The position numbers and the translations under genes were made by a program. From Dimorphilus gyrociliatus (taxonomy: Eukaryota; Animalia; Annelida), in contig CAJFCJ010000012.1 in NCBI GenBank assembly GCA_904063045.1, positions 2,108,001 to 2,172,000 on the forward strand: a stretch of DNA of 64,000 nt, read 5' to 3'. Shown here piece by piece: positions 26,786 to 41,663 of this stretch; position 1 is the stretch's first letter, and each line of letters starts with the position of its first letter. The notes beneath the pieces are model-generated. The model made no database searches. It was not told the DNA's origin and was given only the letters and a program-made list of their open reading frames with translations.

Positions 26786-29547
26786 ATATACAGGATGCTG
26801 AGTAGGCAATATACTCATATATATATTTCTCTTTCTGACTATTATAAAGCCCTCAAGTAAAATAGTCAATTGATCAATGGGATTAGTCTTATTAGCAGGC
26901 AGTTGAATTGATGGATAATGATTTTGTATTTTATCAAGTCTGGATAACAAAAAAAGGGAGAGAAATTGGATAAAAACCAAAAAAAAGGATTGTAAAGAAA
27001 GAAAGAGGGGAAGAGAATAAATAAAAATAAGAAAGATAGATAGCTAGATAGATAGATAGATAGAGGAAGAAAAAAATTAAAGAACAAAACAACTACCGGA
27101 AGTTTGTTAATAGTAAACAGAAAAAGGAATAAAAGCGTTGTTATTAAATCAAATATTTATACTGTTACTATTAAAAAAAAAAGAAAAGAAAAAGCGTATT
27201 AAATTAATTACTGTTGATTAATTAAATCTTAGGGATTATGTTTTTCATTAACTCCTAAGTCCTTTTAAAACGCTTTGGACTATTTAGATCCTTTACTTTT
27301 TATACTATAATATAAATTTTGTATATGAAACTACTTACGTCAGCTGATATTAAAGCAGTTTGAAATGAATTTGGCTTATGCGTTATTCTATTCTTTCTTT
27401 CAGTATGTACGTCTCCTAACAATAGACGCCTGGTAAGGCGATGCCGTTGTTTTTCTTCTTCCACTCTAACTAGCTGTAGTTCATTAAGCGTGAAATCAAA
27501 TGAGTGAAGACAATCAAAATCAACGTCTCTATCATGGTATTTCATATTGCCTTTAAAGGGAAAATAAATTGAATGAAGAAATGAATGGAATTGGATGAAC
27601 ATGACATTTTATTCTGTTACCTTGAATTTCAATGGTTTGACCAGCTTTCCATGCTAACCATTTTTTTTCCTCGCAAGTGTCATTTGCTAATTGATAGAGT
27701 TTTAGAGCAACGTCATTTGTAAATGGTGTTATTGAAACTTGGTAATTTTCATAGGTAGCTCTGTAGGCGCCTGGATTAGCAATACTCTCCGTTTGGGATA
27801 CTTTCCAATATCCCTGAGCGTAGATGCTAAAAAGGGGATGAGCGCATTCGGCGTCACCGTAATAGAATTGATTAATGCTATAGATATTATTCCTGTATAT
27901 TGTATATCTTCGTAGGAGATATTCCGGACCTGGTCGAACTTCGCATCTGCAAAATTTTAAACAAGATAAAATATATACACTGTACAGTATAAAAGATCTA
28001 ATAAACAGTTAGATTTAACGTATGGAATGGCTTAACTATTTTAAGCCCGTAGAATACATCTAGTATAAACTATTGAAAAAAAATACGAAAATCAACTGGA
28101 TGGTACAGATGCTATAAATCAACAAGAAGAAAATTTAAAGGAACAAATTTTTCCTTGTGTAAACAAACAATGTTGTTGCGCAATACATTACACGAGAACC
28201 TTTGAAATGCCCTAAAACTTTGCCCCAGAACAAATAAATCATCAAGACTGATAAATTAGCTCATTTTCGTTATATCTTCACACTAATAAATAGCAAATGA
28301 TTATAAATTAATACCATACTCTATGTCATTGATTTTTAACCTTTGAACCTTTTATTTGAGGGCTATTAGTATCTTCTCGGATGATCTATAAAGATTAAAT
28401 GGCAAGAAAAAGACTATTTTTCCCAATTCTCTTCTCTCTACTGACGTCTATCTAGCTACTTTATTTTTTTTAATAATTTAGCAAAGCTTACACTCCCATA
28501 TCTGTCAATATCAAGCCAACCCTTTAATAGAAATCACACACAATTTACATAGACTTCATTCTGACTGCTTTATCTTTTATCTCGATCTTATCCGATCTTC
28601 CGCCGTGTAAGAAACCATGTTTCAATTTGTCTTTAATACTTCAATGGTCTATTACTGCGTTATTTATACTCTATTTGAACTCTTTAAAAGAGAAAAAAGA
28701 GGCGGAGTAGAAGTGATTTATATACAGATATCTACACTGTATTTATCTATCTATGTAGATTTTTGCTAGTTCCTAAATTAAAGGCCAAATTTAGGCCGTA
28801 AAGGTCATTTTTTATGTAATAAATAAGAATTACTAAGTCAAGAAAAGACTAAAATAGATAATGACAAGGTATACGAGAGCTTAAAGCCATTCTAGTAATA
28901 AATACTATATTATTTGTATTATTAGAAAGGGCCATTTTCTTATCTATAATCCCTATCTTATCCGTTCATTTGGCGTACGCTACTCTCTTCCAATCCCCTT
29001 CAAAACGTCAAAATCAATTTACGACCAATGCGGGATCATTGATAAAAGTGTGAATATTTTAAGACTTTTCCCTTAGTAACGACCCACCTACTCTCAATCA
29101 AAATTTCTACAGATAAAAGGAAGATGACATTCCCTATTCTAAAACCAAGTTATTCCTTACTATTTAGGAAGTATAGAGAAAAGACTATGAAAAAAATATC
29201 ACGTTACCTATTCGACGTCCAATCTCCCTCGAGTGCCTTTTGAGTGACATCTTCGATACTTACTTGATAAATTCTTTTCAAAATTGACGAACAAGAATCT
29301 CTTCGTCCTTCTATCATTGTTACTAAAGTGAAGAATATTTTTTTAGATTTTTATCCAGTTTATACGATAATAACAATCTGCTTAATTCTATACAGTTTAG
29401 TAGCGCTTCCATCTTATTAAACGCGCCTTATTCATTCGTTTGTTTTCATTTATTCTCTCTCAAGTTCTTTCATTTTCGTTTGCTCTTTCTTTCTTTATTT
29501 AATTATTTCTTACCGTAAACGATGCATATAACCAGTTGCAGACGCAT
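25708..29547 (-). CDS. APCDD1: APCDD1-like Wnt/BMP inhibitor (~482 aa, two APCDD1 domains)
   Basis: Exons 29514-29547, 29208-29322, 27621-27946, 27339-27550, 25708-26469; phases are consistent. Signal peptide MRLQLVICIVYVTMIEG. Family motifs LEGDWTSNRCEVRPGPEYL, NELQLVRVE, LLLGDVHT, WLSERCE, CGDGSYW, GCPTLGISLP, RPTSFQEPLKFC. Confidence 0.93.
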
Positions 29548-30570
29548 TCTTGAACTAAAACTCGTCGAATGGTCACGTGATGTCCCAGTCCTATCAGCGA
29601 TTGTTGAAACGAGAGAGGAAAACGTTTGGATAGATTGGACATTGAGTTAAAAAAAAATATTTAAGAAAAGTATAGCAATAACAATTAGCCAAGTAGATTT
29701 CCGAATTAAATGACAATTTGCTCAACTTCTATCCAGTAGCTCTCGGCTAGAATTGTTTACCAATGAGAGACTAGATTCAAAGTTCCGATAGGTGGCGATA
29801 TATGCAATATATATATATATATATATATCCAGTATATACATACTGCATATATGTATATTTGGTTGTGAAAGAGCAAGAAAAAGTAATGATAGAGGGTGGA
29901 AGGGATAAGGCAAAGGGATAGAGGGAGAGAGACAGAGAGAAGTTGGCTTTGTTAAAAATGTTCAAGGGATTATTTAGTAGAGTTGTATTAGATTCGATTA
30001 GTCTTTAGGGAAAGAATAGCTAGGGAATTTTCGGCCACCGCGCTAAAACTGATGTTTATCTTAATCCCAAAAATCGACGAAGCGTTAAGGAAGCAATTTT
30101 TGTTTGGTAGAATGGGAAATTAGGTGTTATCAAAGCGGAACGAAATGCTTAATAAACCTTGATTTTTGAGTCTTCCGAGAGTGATTTTCTTTAAGATAAA
30201 CGAAGAATTAGTTTGTTTTCATTATTTTAAGAAGCTTCGTAAGGCTTTCAGTCACCCCCAGGACTGTAATAGAATCAGGATACATGCCGATAAGAGTGAT
30301 AGTAATAATAATCTCTTGAAAAGAAGCAAAGAGGCGATACGAAGTCTTAGAATAAGAGGTTTAGGAAAAGTTTGTTTCTATATCAAATCTTGTTATCAAT
30401 TCATTTATTACAATTAGGCCTATGTGCTTGTAGTTATCTTACATATATTTCTTACGTTTTCCCTAATTACGATATATATCTAAGTCAACTATTTTCGTAG
30501 TTTACAAACTAATAGAAGAACCAATTAAACATAAAAAATATTAGGTTAATGACAAAAACGAATATTCGAG

Positions 30571-30584
30571 TGCCATCTGGCGAC
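30571..30584 (-). promoter_or_regulatory. CTCF-like motif between APCDD1 and NWD
   Basis: Minus strand GTCGCCAGATGGCA(CT), close to the CTCF core; another AGGTGGCG at 29790-29797. Confidence 0.5.
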
Positions 30585-30676
30585 TACGGAAGAACATTTT
30601 TTTGACTCTTGTTTATGATTTGTTTCGTATTTTATTTACGATTTATATAAAAACAAATGGAAAAAGAATGTATAAA

Positions 30677-33600
30677 TTAAGTTTTGGAGACAAGCTTCCT
30701 GGTTTTGATTCTTTGAGCAATGTTTATCATTTTTCCATAAGTTTTTGGTAAAATTTTACCATTAATGGCGGAAATATGAAAAAAATTGGCCCGTTTTATA
30801 TCCTCCGATAGAATGTTCTTTTGATTCGTTATACTCCTTCTACTTGGTAATAAATTTAAATGTTCTTTAATATGGTCCGTAAGACCAACTGTTAGTGTTA
30901 CTATTAATAGGCGACCATCGTTACATCCTAAAACAATTGTTCTATCGTCGTTTGCAACTTTTAGTTCGGTTCCTCTTCCATGAATAAATAAACTTGAAAC
31001 AATATCAAATGTTTCGCCATTTATAAGAATCAACTCCCTATGGTCTTCTGATAAGGATATTAGATATGTTTTATTAACAACTGATACAATTGTCTTCATA
31101 TCCAAATTTGGTAATAGCGCAATATTCTTTGATTTTCTTTGGGGATAAGGAATTTGAGTACCAATATTACTCCCATTAGAATTTAAAACTTGAAGATTAA
31201 TCTGCTTCTCAGCATCAAAAACAATGGCCGATTTAGGACAATCAACTTCATGAATTAAGAATCCATCTGAATCGTATTCTAATCTTTCAATTTGTTTACC
31301 AAACATTATTATTAAATTCTTTCCGGAATCTTTTAAATCAATCATGGCTTCCTCTCCGCTACTCTTTAAAAAGTCGTTAATAGATAAGAGTTTACAATTT
31401 GATGTAGACGTTTTAGATAAATTGAATAAGCAGAGTTTTTGTTCGTATCTTCTAATTTCTTTATGAGTCTTCTTATCTCTATTTTCGTTTTCAATAAGTT
31501 TTATTATTATACATTATGAATAATTTAATAATATTAAATTTCAATGCTTACCTTATTCTTTGTGATTGTTGAATTAGCATAGCTAACACTTGACCGGAAG
31601 CCGTTGTTACTGGTGTTGAAATTAAATCGCCATCTGGAACTTCCATTGTCCTAGCAGATAAGCTTGGCAGTTGAATAATTTGAATGTCAAATTTCTTTAC
31701 AGGCCAATCGTAAGTTGAATAAAATGAACATGTTAAAAAAAATGCAGTTTCCGAATAAGAACAAAAAAACACTGTTCTACAATTTTTAAACGTTAGAACG
31801 TTCTTCATCGAGTTATCTTCCAACATCCAGAGTTTACTTTCCCTTAATTTTTTCCAGGCTTCGGTATATTCGGGAACGTCGGATACTTCGTAAGTGGCAC
31901 TTGTTATTGCATAATTACCTGAAGATGATATCTTTACATAATCAATATACAGATTAAAATCGTCGATATGCTTTAAGACGTGCTCAACTTTCCCTGAACC
32001 AATATCAAAGATTTGAGCTTCCGTAGCTAATTTCCCCTGAACAATTAATTTGGATGAATTTTTTGATAAATCTAACGAAGAGATTTCTGCTTTAGCCAAA
32101 GCGTTATTATGTTGTATATCGGCGTCTAAATTCTCCATGTTCCACACTTGAATTGTATTATCAGCTGTAATACTAACAATTCTACTTCCTTTTGACGGTG
32201 TGAATAGTGCAGAAATCTGATTGATTGACGGTTGTAATAGCCTAACAGCTGTGCCGCATCTCGATTTCCAAACACCTACACAATGAATATTATTAATGAT
32301 TGTTTCTTTTTAAAAAAACAAATAATACCAATATATGTATGTCGAGCTCCAACAACAAAACTATCTTTATAGGCGAAACCAGCAACTTTAAATGGTGTCA
32401 TTGTTTCCGAAAATAGACCAGGAGGCATTTTCGATATACGAGTCAGCAGTTTGTTGTTCGAAGTATCAAGAATGTAGAGACATCTAGTTGCTCTGGCGAG
32501 TAACATGCTACTGTCGTTTGATAACTGTGTATCTTTTAATTCAATATCCTTTAAGATCGACGATGATTTATTCTTTTGTAAGGATGATGGCCTAATTGAA
32601 TTCATTTGAATTTCGTGATTCTTATAACGAACGTAAAACTTGAAACTATCGGACAGAAAGAGTATCGACACTGGAGTATCTGGACCCTAATATTAGTATA
32701 TAAAAACGTGCTAACAATATTCATAAATTCACATACTGTATATATATATATTTATATACAATACACACCTGTAAAACTGCAACTCTTTCCAGATTTGGAA
32801 TAGAATGAATCGTAATACATCTCCCACTATTGCAAGCTAATAGTTTTTCATCGCTGCTAATTGCCAATGTACTACAAGAATAGTCTAATTTCTTTAGAAC
32901 TTTCCTCTCTTTGAGATCTATTAAGGCTGGACTAGGAGATTGTTCGTAGGCTAAGGCGGCGTAGTTTTCCGTTATGAAGACGCTTGCTATATTATTGTGA
33001 CCAAAATTTATCTCGGATTGGCATTCTCCTGAATTAAGATGTGTCGAGCAAAAAAATCGATTATTACGCACACCATGCACAAACGTGCCATTGGGGGATG
33101 GATACAATTTTGAACCTGCGATAGACTTTACTTCCGGCCTAGCTTCTCCCTCTTGAATATCCCATAATCTAATATCAGCTTCGTGAAGGGGCTTAGCAGC
33201 TAAGAGGATGCTATCTTCTTTTTCAATTAGGACAACGTCACGTTGAGGTGAGAATCTAGAATCAATTTCGCAAACGTAATGTAATGGTCCACCAGGAGCA
33301 AGATAACATTGCCAAACTGGAATCATAGGGCATAGTTTAGGAGCAGCTAAATCACATTGTTGTATCAAATCGCGAACTGTTGGATAATCGTTAAAATGAG
33401 GTAGCAATCTACCAGTTAGCTCAACTCCAATAAGATCTGGATTTCTAACTAGAGCAGATTCTGCCATACGTATTGCATCTTCAACGAGGCTAACATCTCG
33501 AAATTTGCATAGACCAAAATCAGCTAAAAGCGGTTGTATACCACACGCTTTCAGCTTTGTATGAAGCCATGAGAGGTTAAAAAAGACTAATTGTCTAAGA

Positions 33601-36600
33601 TGTTTTATCCTGTTGGCTTTAGCCAAGTGATAGGGTAGCTCGTTCAATTTTCTTATATTATATCTAGTTCCATCTCCGCGGCAGTTGTCAATGAAAGTTT
33701 GATAAACTAGAGGTTGTTCGGCGACGTATCGATGCGCAGAACTTCGATCTTTTGCTAGATTAAAGCGCTTCATTTGATGATCTGTATAGGTAAACGGCTT
33801 AGCGACAGTTCCACACCATAGAGAAGTCCAATAATCAGCCATTGTTGTATGAATTTTATACAGAGTCAGGGTATCTTGTAGGTAACGCTGTAAAGAGACG
33901 CGTCTAAATTGCTCGTGATACCAATTATAAACAAGAGTTTCGTCACTCTCTCTCTCAACAATATAGCTACTCATATCGTGTAGGACCCGTGTCCATAATG
34001 ATGGTGGGATTCTCCTAATAGGTGGTTCCCAGTAAGCAAATATTTCATTAAGAACATCGTCGTCTATTGAAAGAATATCGTTCATTTCCGATTGGCTTAT
34101 TCCGCTTCTTGAAGCGGTTAAATATGATATTGAATGCATGACAAATACTTGACCGTACTTGACTTCCAATTGTTGAAAAAGAGTTTGTATTGCCGCTTGG
34201 AGAGTTGTGTCCAATCTCATTTTATTTTCTGGGGTAAAGGAACACCAGTTCATACATTGTTCATTTACTAAATTGACATAGAGAGGAAGGGAACATTCTT
34301 TAAATGCTGCCTTAACTAATTCGAATTGTCTGTCAGTTAAACATCGGCCATGCGACGATAGAAAATCTTTACAAACAGTTGCACAATCTTGAATTTCTAA
34401 AGGAGGAACGTAGATAATGTGGTCATCGTCGTTTCTTATTTTTGATTTAAGAACGAATAGTAGGTCATCGGGCAAAGTTGATACTATTATTTTAACGTTA
34501 GTATGCAGTCTTGCCGGAATCCAGTCCAATCGATGAGCATTATCGGCGTTTGATAATTGATCTACTGCATCAAGGATAATAACTAGCAAACCGCCAAATT
34601 CCCCTCTCATTTGATCTAGCCAAAATGTTTTTAAAGCTGAATAAGTATCGGGAATAATCTCTTTTGAAGTATTGGAAACAAAAGCCACCTGTTCACATAT
34701 ACTTCTTAATAATTGATGTACATTTCCAGATTTTGCTGTTGTTCCACATAGTCTGAGTATTACCGACCCTCTTCTTCCACTAGTCTCTAGCCAAGTTCTA
34801 ACGCTCGACGCAATCTTTGTCATAAGAGAAGTTTTACCATGTCCAGCTTCTCCATACAGTACTAGGGCTTCGTCCGAACTCTTTAGAATGTATTTTCGAA
34901 CGTCCATAAGAATGTTTTGCCTACCAATAAACTTGGAACTACGTGCTCTAGCAGTTCGCCAATGTTTAACAACCTCGGCGAATAATTCTCCATCATAACT
35001 TTTATTCGAAGTTGCCGCATACGTAATCATTTTGCGTAACTTATCGTGAATTTGAACGGACATTTTTTGCAGGTATTCTAAATGATCTTTGCTATCAACC
35101 CCGTTAGGGCTGGACCATTGAGTTGTATGTTCTAATACTGAATGAAATTTTTCAATATACTTAGTTTTCATCCTCGCCAGAGATTCTTGGGCTTTTTTAT
35201 TAATACTAATTGATTGAGGTATTAGGTCAATAAATTTACAGGAGCGTCTCTCGTCTAAATGACTACTTAGGTCTGCAATTGTTCTTATTAGACAAACAGC
35301 TCTACTACTCTTTGCATTTCCCGTTCCCAAAGCTTGTTCAATTTCTAAATGAGTAACTAAAGAAAGAAATTGAAAGAGAGGAAAAGAACCGATATATTTA
35401 TTAATTGTTCAATTAAATAGAACGATTTTATTATAATTACCAGAGGAGTGAAGAGCATCAAGAAAGGCTTGAGGAAGTGTTCCATTTACTGTACAAATTC
35501 TAGCTGCTTTCAGCAATATATCTTTAAGATTTACTTCAATGTGATTGAAAAATTTGTCATATTCGTCTGGAAAGTAATACAAAAATTGTCATTTAAATTC
35601 GCCTCTTTACTCTTGTTTGTACGTGTTTGTATATACTGTATAGATAGTATAGTATCCAGTTTTCTATTTTTACCAAACTAAAAAACTGGAATTATTACAG
35701 AGAATGAAAAATCTTTTAGATAAATACCATGGTTAAGAACTTCATCTACAGCAAGAAGTACATAATTAGGATTTTTATTATTGTAATCGCACTTGTACCA
35801 TTGATTTACTAAATCCTTCTCACGTTCGTCCCTAATTGCTGAGATTAATTTTTCGAATTCCTCCTTTTTTATGCTAGACGGAAGAGGTTGATAGCCGTGC
35901 TTTTGACCAATGAAAGCCTGAAATAGTTAATTGTTTATGAGGGTAGAAACCTTTCTTTGTTCATTTGATGAACTTTTTAATATAAGATTAAAAACTAACA
36001 ATAAAAAATGGCCCAATTGAAGACTTTTTGCATAATTCTATTTCATTCATGCATAATTGAACAGTTGAATGATCATTTCTAGCCATCTCTGGAATGCCCC
36101 ATCTCATATCTACAACCTAAATGAAAAAGAAATCCTTTGCCATTCATATTGAAACTCAATTACAGTATATAAGGAAAATTAGAGATATAAGAAAGAGATG
36201 GTGAGAGAGAGAGAGAGAGCGAGAGAGACAGAAGAAGAAAGATAACAAAGTAAAGTATAAAAAAAAAGAAGGGTTTATGTTTAAATATACTTCGAATTCA
36301 AGACCGAATCTTTCTTTACAGTATTTACGAAGTTTAGGATAAGCATCTTCCATTAGAAAATTGCGTTCAGCAGCCATATCTAAAAATAGATATACAATTT
36401 ATATACTGCATTTACTTCATATATATATATATATATATATGTTGTTTTATATGAACTTTCTATTATCTATATTACGTAAGTGTGTGGGTTGGAAATAGTT
36501 TATTTTTGGTCTATTTCATGATGACAGTTTTATATTTAAATTGGGTCAATTAAATGCTTTATTTCTTGTTTTTTTGTTATTCATTTGAAAGTTTAGAGAG

Positions 36601-37150
36601 AATAGGCCAATTTTTCATTATCGTATAATGCAATAGTTGTAAGCAATAAACGCTGCACGGAGAGTTTGTAATAGTCTACAGGCATTAATATTGGCAGAGA
36701 AATCGTTAGTGGCCTATTTGTTCGCATAATGATTATCAAATTCAGCAACATAGTAGGCCAATATGTCACACCGCAGTAGATTTTTCTTTAAAAGAAATTA
36801 CAGTAAGACAATAAATAAAGTATTAGTTAATCTGCTTAAATATGCAAATAATAAAAATTGATGTTAAGTCATAAAATTTTGTAGATAATATACGAAAAAG
36901 GAAAATGTTTATGAGCTCTTTATCAAATTTATAAGCTATAATCTTGTAAAAGAGAAAGAAAGAGAAGAAGAAAAGGAAAACTAGATTGTCTATTTGTTGA
37001 ACAAGTTATTGCTATTCAGTCTTTCCTCAATGCACTTTCAAGAAAAATAATGAAAGATACATAAAGTAAACAAATATAAAGAAGGTGATTTCTAGCTAAA
37101 ATCGATAAATCTATATATATATATATATACAATATATACTATATATACCG

Positions 37151-37195
<45 letters not shown>

Positions 37196-38772
37196 TTAAT
37201 ATGTTTTATACAGCTATTTAATGTATAAATAAAATGATAGAGAAGATTCTGATTACACGTTTAAAATATATATTGATATATAAGTTTAAAACTGTCTATA
37301 TAGACGTAAAGTATAGATATTGTAAGAATACGAAAACCAGCAGATGAGATGTAATTAATTAGATATACTATTCTATTCTATTAGAACGTATATATACAGT
37401 ATATTAATATAAATATATATATTCTAGTACTTTTGTACTAAATAAATCAACATAGTTGTATAAATCTTAAAGATTAGTTATAAAAGGAATGACAGAGGAA
37501 GAGTGAATTGAAAAATGATAGTAATATATAGTAAATTTATATATCATAGTATGTATACATTCTTTATAATCAATAAAAACCTATTTATTAAAATGATAGA
37601 TTAATGAATGTTTTCATAAACACTAACCTGTAAATGTCGAACTAACAAATATCCTAACAACTTTAGATTTTGGTCTAGGTATTTCATCATATTCCGATGG
37701 ACCTTTTAATATTTCTTCTATTATCTTTTTATCGCTTTCTTTTAAATTTTCGTACTATTGAGAAACGAAATTATAAGATATTCCGTTCAATAGTTATTTA
37801 TTACCTCATTCTTATTCGAATTTGTAAAACGGTCTGTAGAAATTGAATGATTGTTCGATCTATTAAGAACGGATTCCGAATCTTTTCTTCCCGTGAAACC
37901 TTTAACATTTCCAGCTAGAAATAAACAAGTATGAATATGGTATAATAGTAAATTATTATGTTTGTTAATAAAGTCTTCTTTATATTATAATTGAGCGTTT
38001 AATTGGTGAAAAGAGCAAGTTTTTCTTAAGTATCTCATTGAGAAATTTATCACGGAATTAAAAGTTAATGTGGTTTACTAGCTAATATCATAATCAATAC
38101 TAAAAAAACGGTATACTTAATAATTGAATAGACTTATAAAATATTGTAAAAATTGAGGAAAGCGTTTATTAATAAGAGAATATACTTATAAAGAACAAAT
38201 ATTTTAATAAACATCTGCCCAGAAGATGTTCTCTATACATTATATATATATGAAAGAATCTAATAAAAGAATCATATGTACTAAATATCTTAGATTTGAG
38301 CTATTTTCGAGCCGACATTTTACAGTAAAACTTCAATACAAAAGTAAAGAAGAGAAGAAGAGAGAAGAACAAAAAAAAGGAATAAAAAGTACGCGTACTT
38401 ATTCCTATATTGTTTTTTTTTTACGTTGCTTAAGCCTTACGGAGTAACGGCTAACCCCTGGGTTTGCTTACTCTAACATACGAAATATATATATATATAT
38501 ATATTCTGTATATCTGTTCAGCACACAATATCCAATATATCATAAACCTTACTACTTTATTTATTTAAATAGAAATTTAATATATTTGATATTATAAGCT
38601 TTTTTATATGTTTTTTATAGAGATATTTTGAGCTTTTATTAATTAATACATCAGTTTTTATTTCTTTAAAAAAACAAAAATAAATGTAGATAGAAAGAAA
38701 AAAAAAAGGAAACACTAATACTGCACAAATGAGGAACGAAACGAAATATATCTTACCAGAAGAATATGCCAT
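30677..38772 (-). CDS. NWD1/NWD2: NACHT and WD-repeat protein (NWD1/NWD2-like STAND ATPase, ~1750 aa)
   Basis: Eleven exons: 38757-38772, 37805-37914, 37628-37754, 36291-36379, 36000-36116, 35728-35917, 35441-35566, 32769-35356, 32329-32686, 31552-32275, 30677-31478 (sum divisible by 3). N-terminal VRIFVSSTFTDMAAERN..VVDMRWG (DUF4062-type), Walker A GEAGHGKT, Walker B IILDAVDQL, RKLNELPYHL, then degenerate WD40 repeats. Confidence 0.93.
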
Positions 38773-41630
38773 TATTAGACAGCCTGACAACCAAACTTTT
38801 TCATATATAATATAGAAGCAAACTGAGCAACAGATCGACGTTCAATGGACTAGTATTCTTTCTGTATGTTGGATCAGGCTTTATTGATCCAGTTATTTTG
38901 TATAGGCCTATATCTATGTTTCATTGTTCAACGACAATCCTAGTATTAGTAATGAATAAAGTAGAAAAAAAAGTATTTTTTTCTTAGTTTAAGTTTTGTT
39001 GGTGATCGAGCTGTAAAGTCGATAAAAGAGAGTAGAATAAATAGGTAGAGAATAGTCTAATCAATATTTGATCGAGAACTTGGTTAAAATCTAAAACTGT
39101 ATATGATTTATTGGTCCAGAGGCGTTGTACATTGCTTTAGTCAATATCGATTGTACTTTTCTCCTATCCACTTGAACTCTTTTTTAGGATAGAGATTTAC
39201 AAAATTTCTCTTTCTTTTATTACAATTCTGCTTTTATATCTTATTTACTTAGCCACTCTCTTCCTCTTTCCCTCTCTCTTTCTCTCACTTGCTTTCTGTC
39301 TATTTGTCTGCCTCTTTACTCCTCTCACTCTCTCTCCGTCTCTTTAATCTATATTTTGTTATGTAAATCATTTCATTCTGTATCGTTAAGTGTATACGCT
39401 TTCTGGATTTATCAATTTTTTCAATTTTTTAGTATTAACTTTCTACAATAGATGACGCTTTTGTTTTATTTAGTATATAAACCTTCTTTTTACACCTTTT
39501 TTATTTCATTTATACCCTTCTGCGCGCTATCTGGCGGTCGCATCTATTGAAGTGAAGTAAAAAGATGAAACTAAGCACAGTATTACACTTAATCGTTAGC
39601 GTAGGAGAGTAATATAAAAAAGTCAGTTGAGGGTGTTAAAGTTGTAGAGGTAAGAGGAATAGGAAGAAGACTTGTTATCCACACATTTATTTAGTGTGTA
39701 TTTATATACCATATTACATAAGAGGAGAGTAAAAATGTATTATTTCTTACCACCACTGAACTACTGAGAGAGTAAGTTAGGATTGGAGGGAGAGAATATG
39801 GGAGTGAGGGAGTAAGTAAGAAAGTATGTATCTATATAAGTAAGTAAAGTAAGGAAGGAAGGAAGGAAGAAAGATTAATAAAGAAGAAGAAAAAAGATAG
39901 GGCCTATATACAGTAGAAATTTCTATTTATATAAAGTATATAATTGGTCTGAAAAGGATATAGATAAATTGCTTAGTTAAATCATAGTTAATGTATTTTT
40001 GGCAAGTAATTAATGTCGTAAGAAATTTAAAAAACACCTTAAAGGCATTCTATATAGGCTGCATATATAGCCTTAGGAAAACACGTTAGGGATTGTAATC
40101 TAATAAAAAATGATGATAAATAAACAAAAATCCAATTTACTAATTATTTATAACTTTTCTCTTTCTCTTTCTCTCTCTCCCTCTGCCCCTCTCTACCTCT
40201 CTCTCTCTCTCTCTCTCTCTTTCTCTACCTCTTTATTCCCTTCTTATACCCGACGTAGAAATAGGCGTTTATTTCCCTTTCGCACTCGTTAAATTAATTT
40301 GTTTTTAATTGTCTATATTATTTTTCAGTTAACGCTTTCATTCTCGCCAATACCAATTTTTAATAGTGGCGTCGAATCCTTAGAATATAGAAAAATACTG
40401 TTATTAATTGCATGTAGAGTGGAAAGAGGGTGGAAGGAAAAGAGAATGACTAGTAAAAGTGGAATAATAATAGAAAAAATATTCGATGACGGTGGAATAG
40501 TTTAAACAATTTTTATAATAAATTGATGGAGGAGAAATAGCACTAGTTGTTTTTTGAATGAGGTCGAGGTAACTATGTATATAAGATCTAATAAGGTAAA
40601 AGGACAACAAAACTGGATAGATTTTAGATTGGCGGAAAAGGTCTTGAAGTGAATAAGAACCTTGGGTGACGATATTTTTATAGTATTACTATAGATTTTC
40701 GTTAAAATGCTTGTCCTTTATGCATTTTCGTTGTAAATATACTTTATTTCCTTTTTATTCACAAGTTTTTTTCCCTTTTTCCTTTGAATTAAACATGCAA
40801 TAGTAAAAATTAAAAGCGAAATGACACCTCTAAAGCTTAACTTTATTCACTATTCATTAAAGGTTAAACAAAAAAGAAGGGGAATAAAACCTAACATACA
40901 AATGACAATACTCCAGCTAATACTTTATTTAGAGGAAATATCTTTTCTTTACGTTCTACCTCTACCTTTAAAAGTAAATTATTCGGTATATTTTGTATTC
41001 GAAAGCTAAACCAAACGTTGAACCCCTTTCCCTCTTGCCTCTTCCTGTATAGAGACGCCCTGCTAAGAGGCAAGTATAACTAATCTTTTCAGTGAAATTA
41101 TAAGCCGTAAATAATCTAGTAAATTCAAACTCTCCCCGCTGCTTACATTCTATCGTCAATATTGAAATGTTTTCGTCTAGAAATTTGGAGACATCGTGTT
41201 GAAATTAGTTTTTTTCCAATATAATCGTGCATATTCATGAGTAGATAACGAAGTTGTTTAGTAATAATGGAAGCAATCGCAGAAGAACGAAGTACATCAA
41301 GGAAAAAAGAACCTTTGGGCAATGAAATTTGGCTTCTAGTCAAGATTCGTATTACACGTATACAATTTGTTAAGAGGGGTGCTCGTGCGCATTTAAATTC
41401 ATTTTAATGTGCCTTTCATTGATGTCAATTTTTTTCAAGGTTGATTAGCGGAAAAAGCAACTTGTAACAATATCAAATAATGGAATGAGAATTGCTGATG
41501 ATCATACTCAAAAGCAGGTTAGGAGCCTGAATAAATAGTCGCCAAACTAAAGAGAAACAAAGAACAAACGGAAAAAACTGTAACCTTATGCTCCATGCTA
41601 TACATGTTTATATATATATATATATATATG

Positions 41631-41663
<33 letters not shown>

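Noticed and set aside
30166-30417. 83-aa ORF between APCDD1 and NWD
   Set aside because: No motif or splice support on either strand.
38441-38474. Small hairpin GAGTAA...AACCC-ct-GGGTT...TTACTC in NWD intron 1
   Set aside because: Short and single-copy, with no match to IRE, SECIS or histone stem-loop; compatible with chance.
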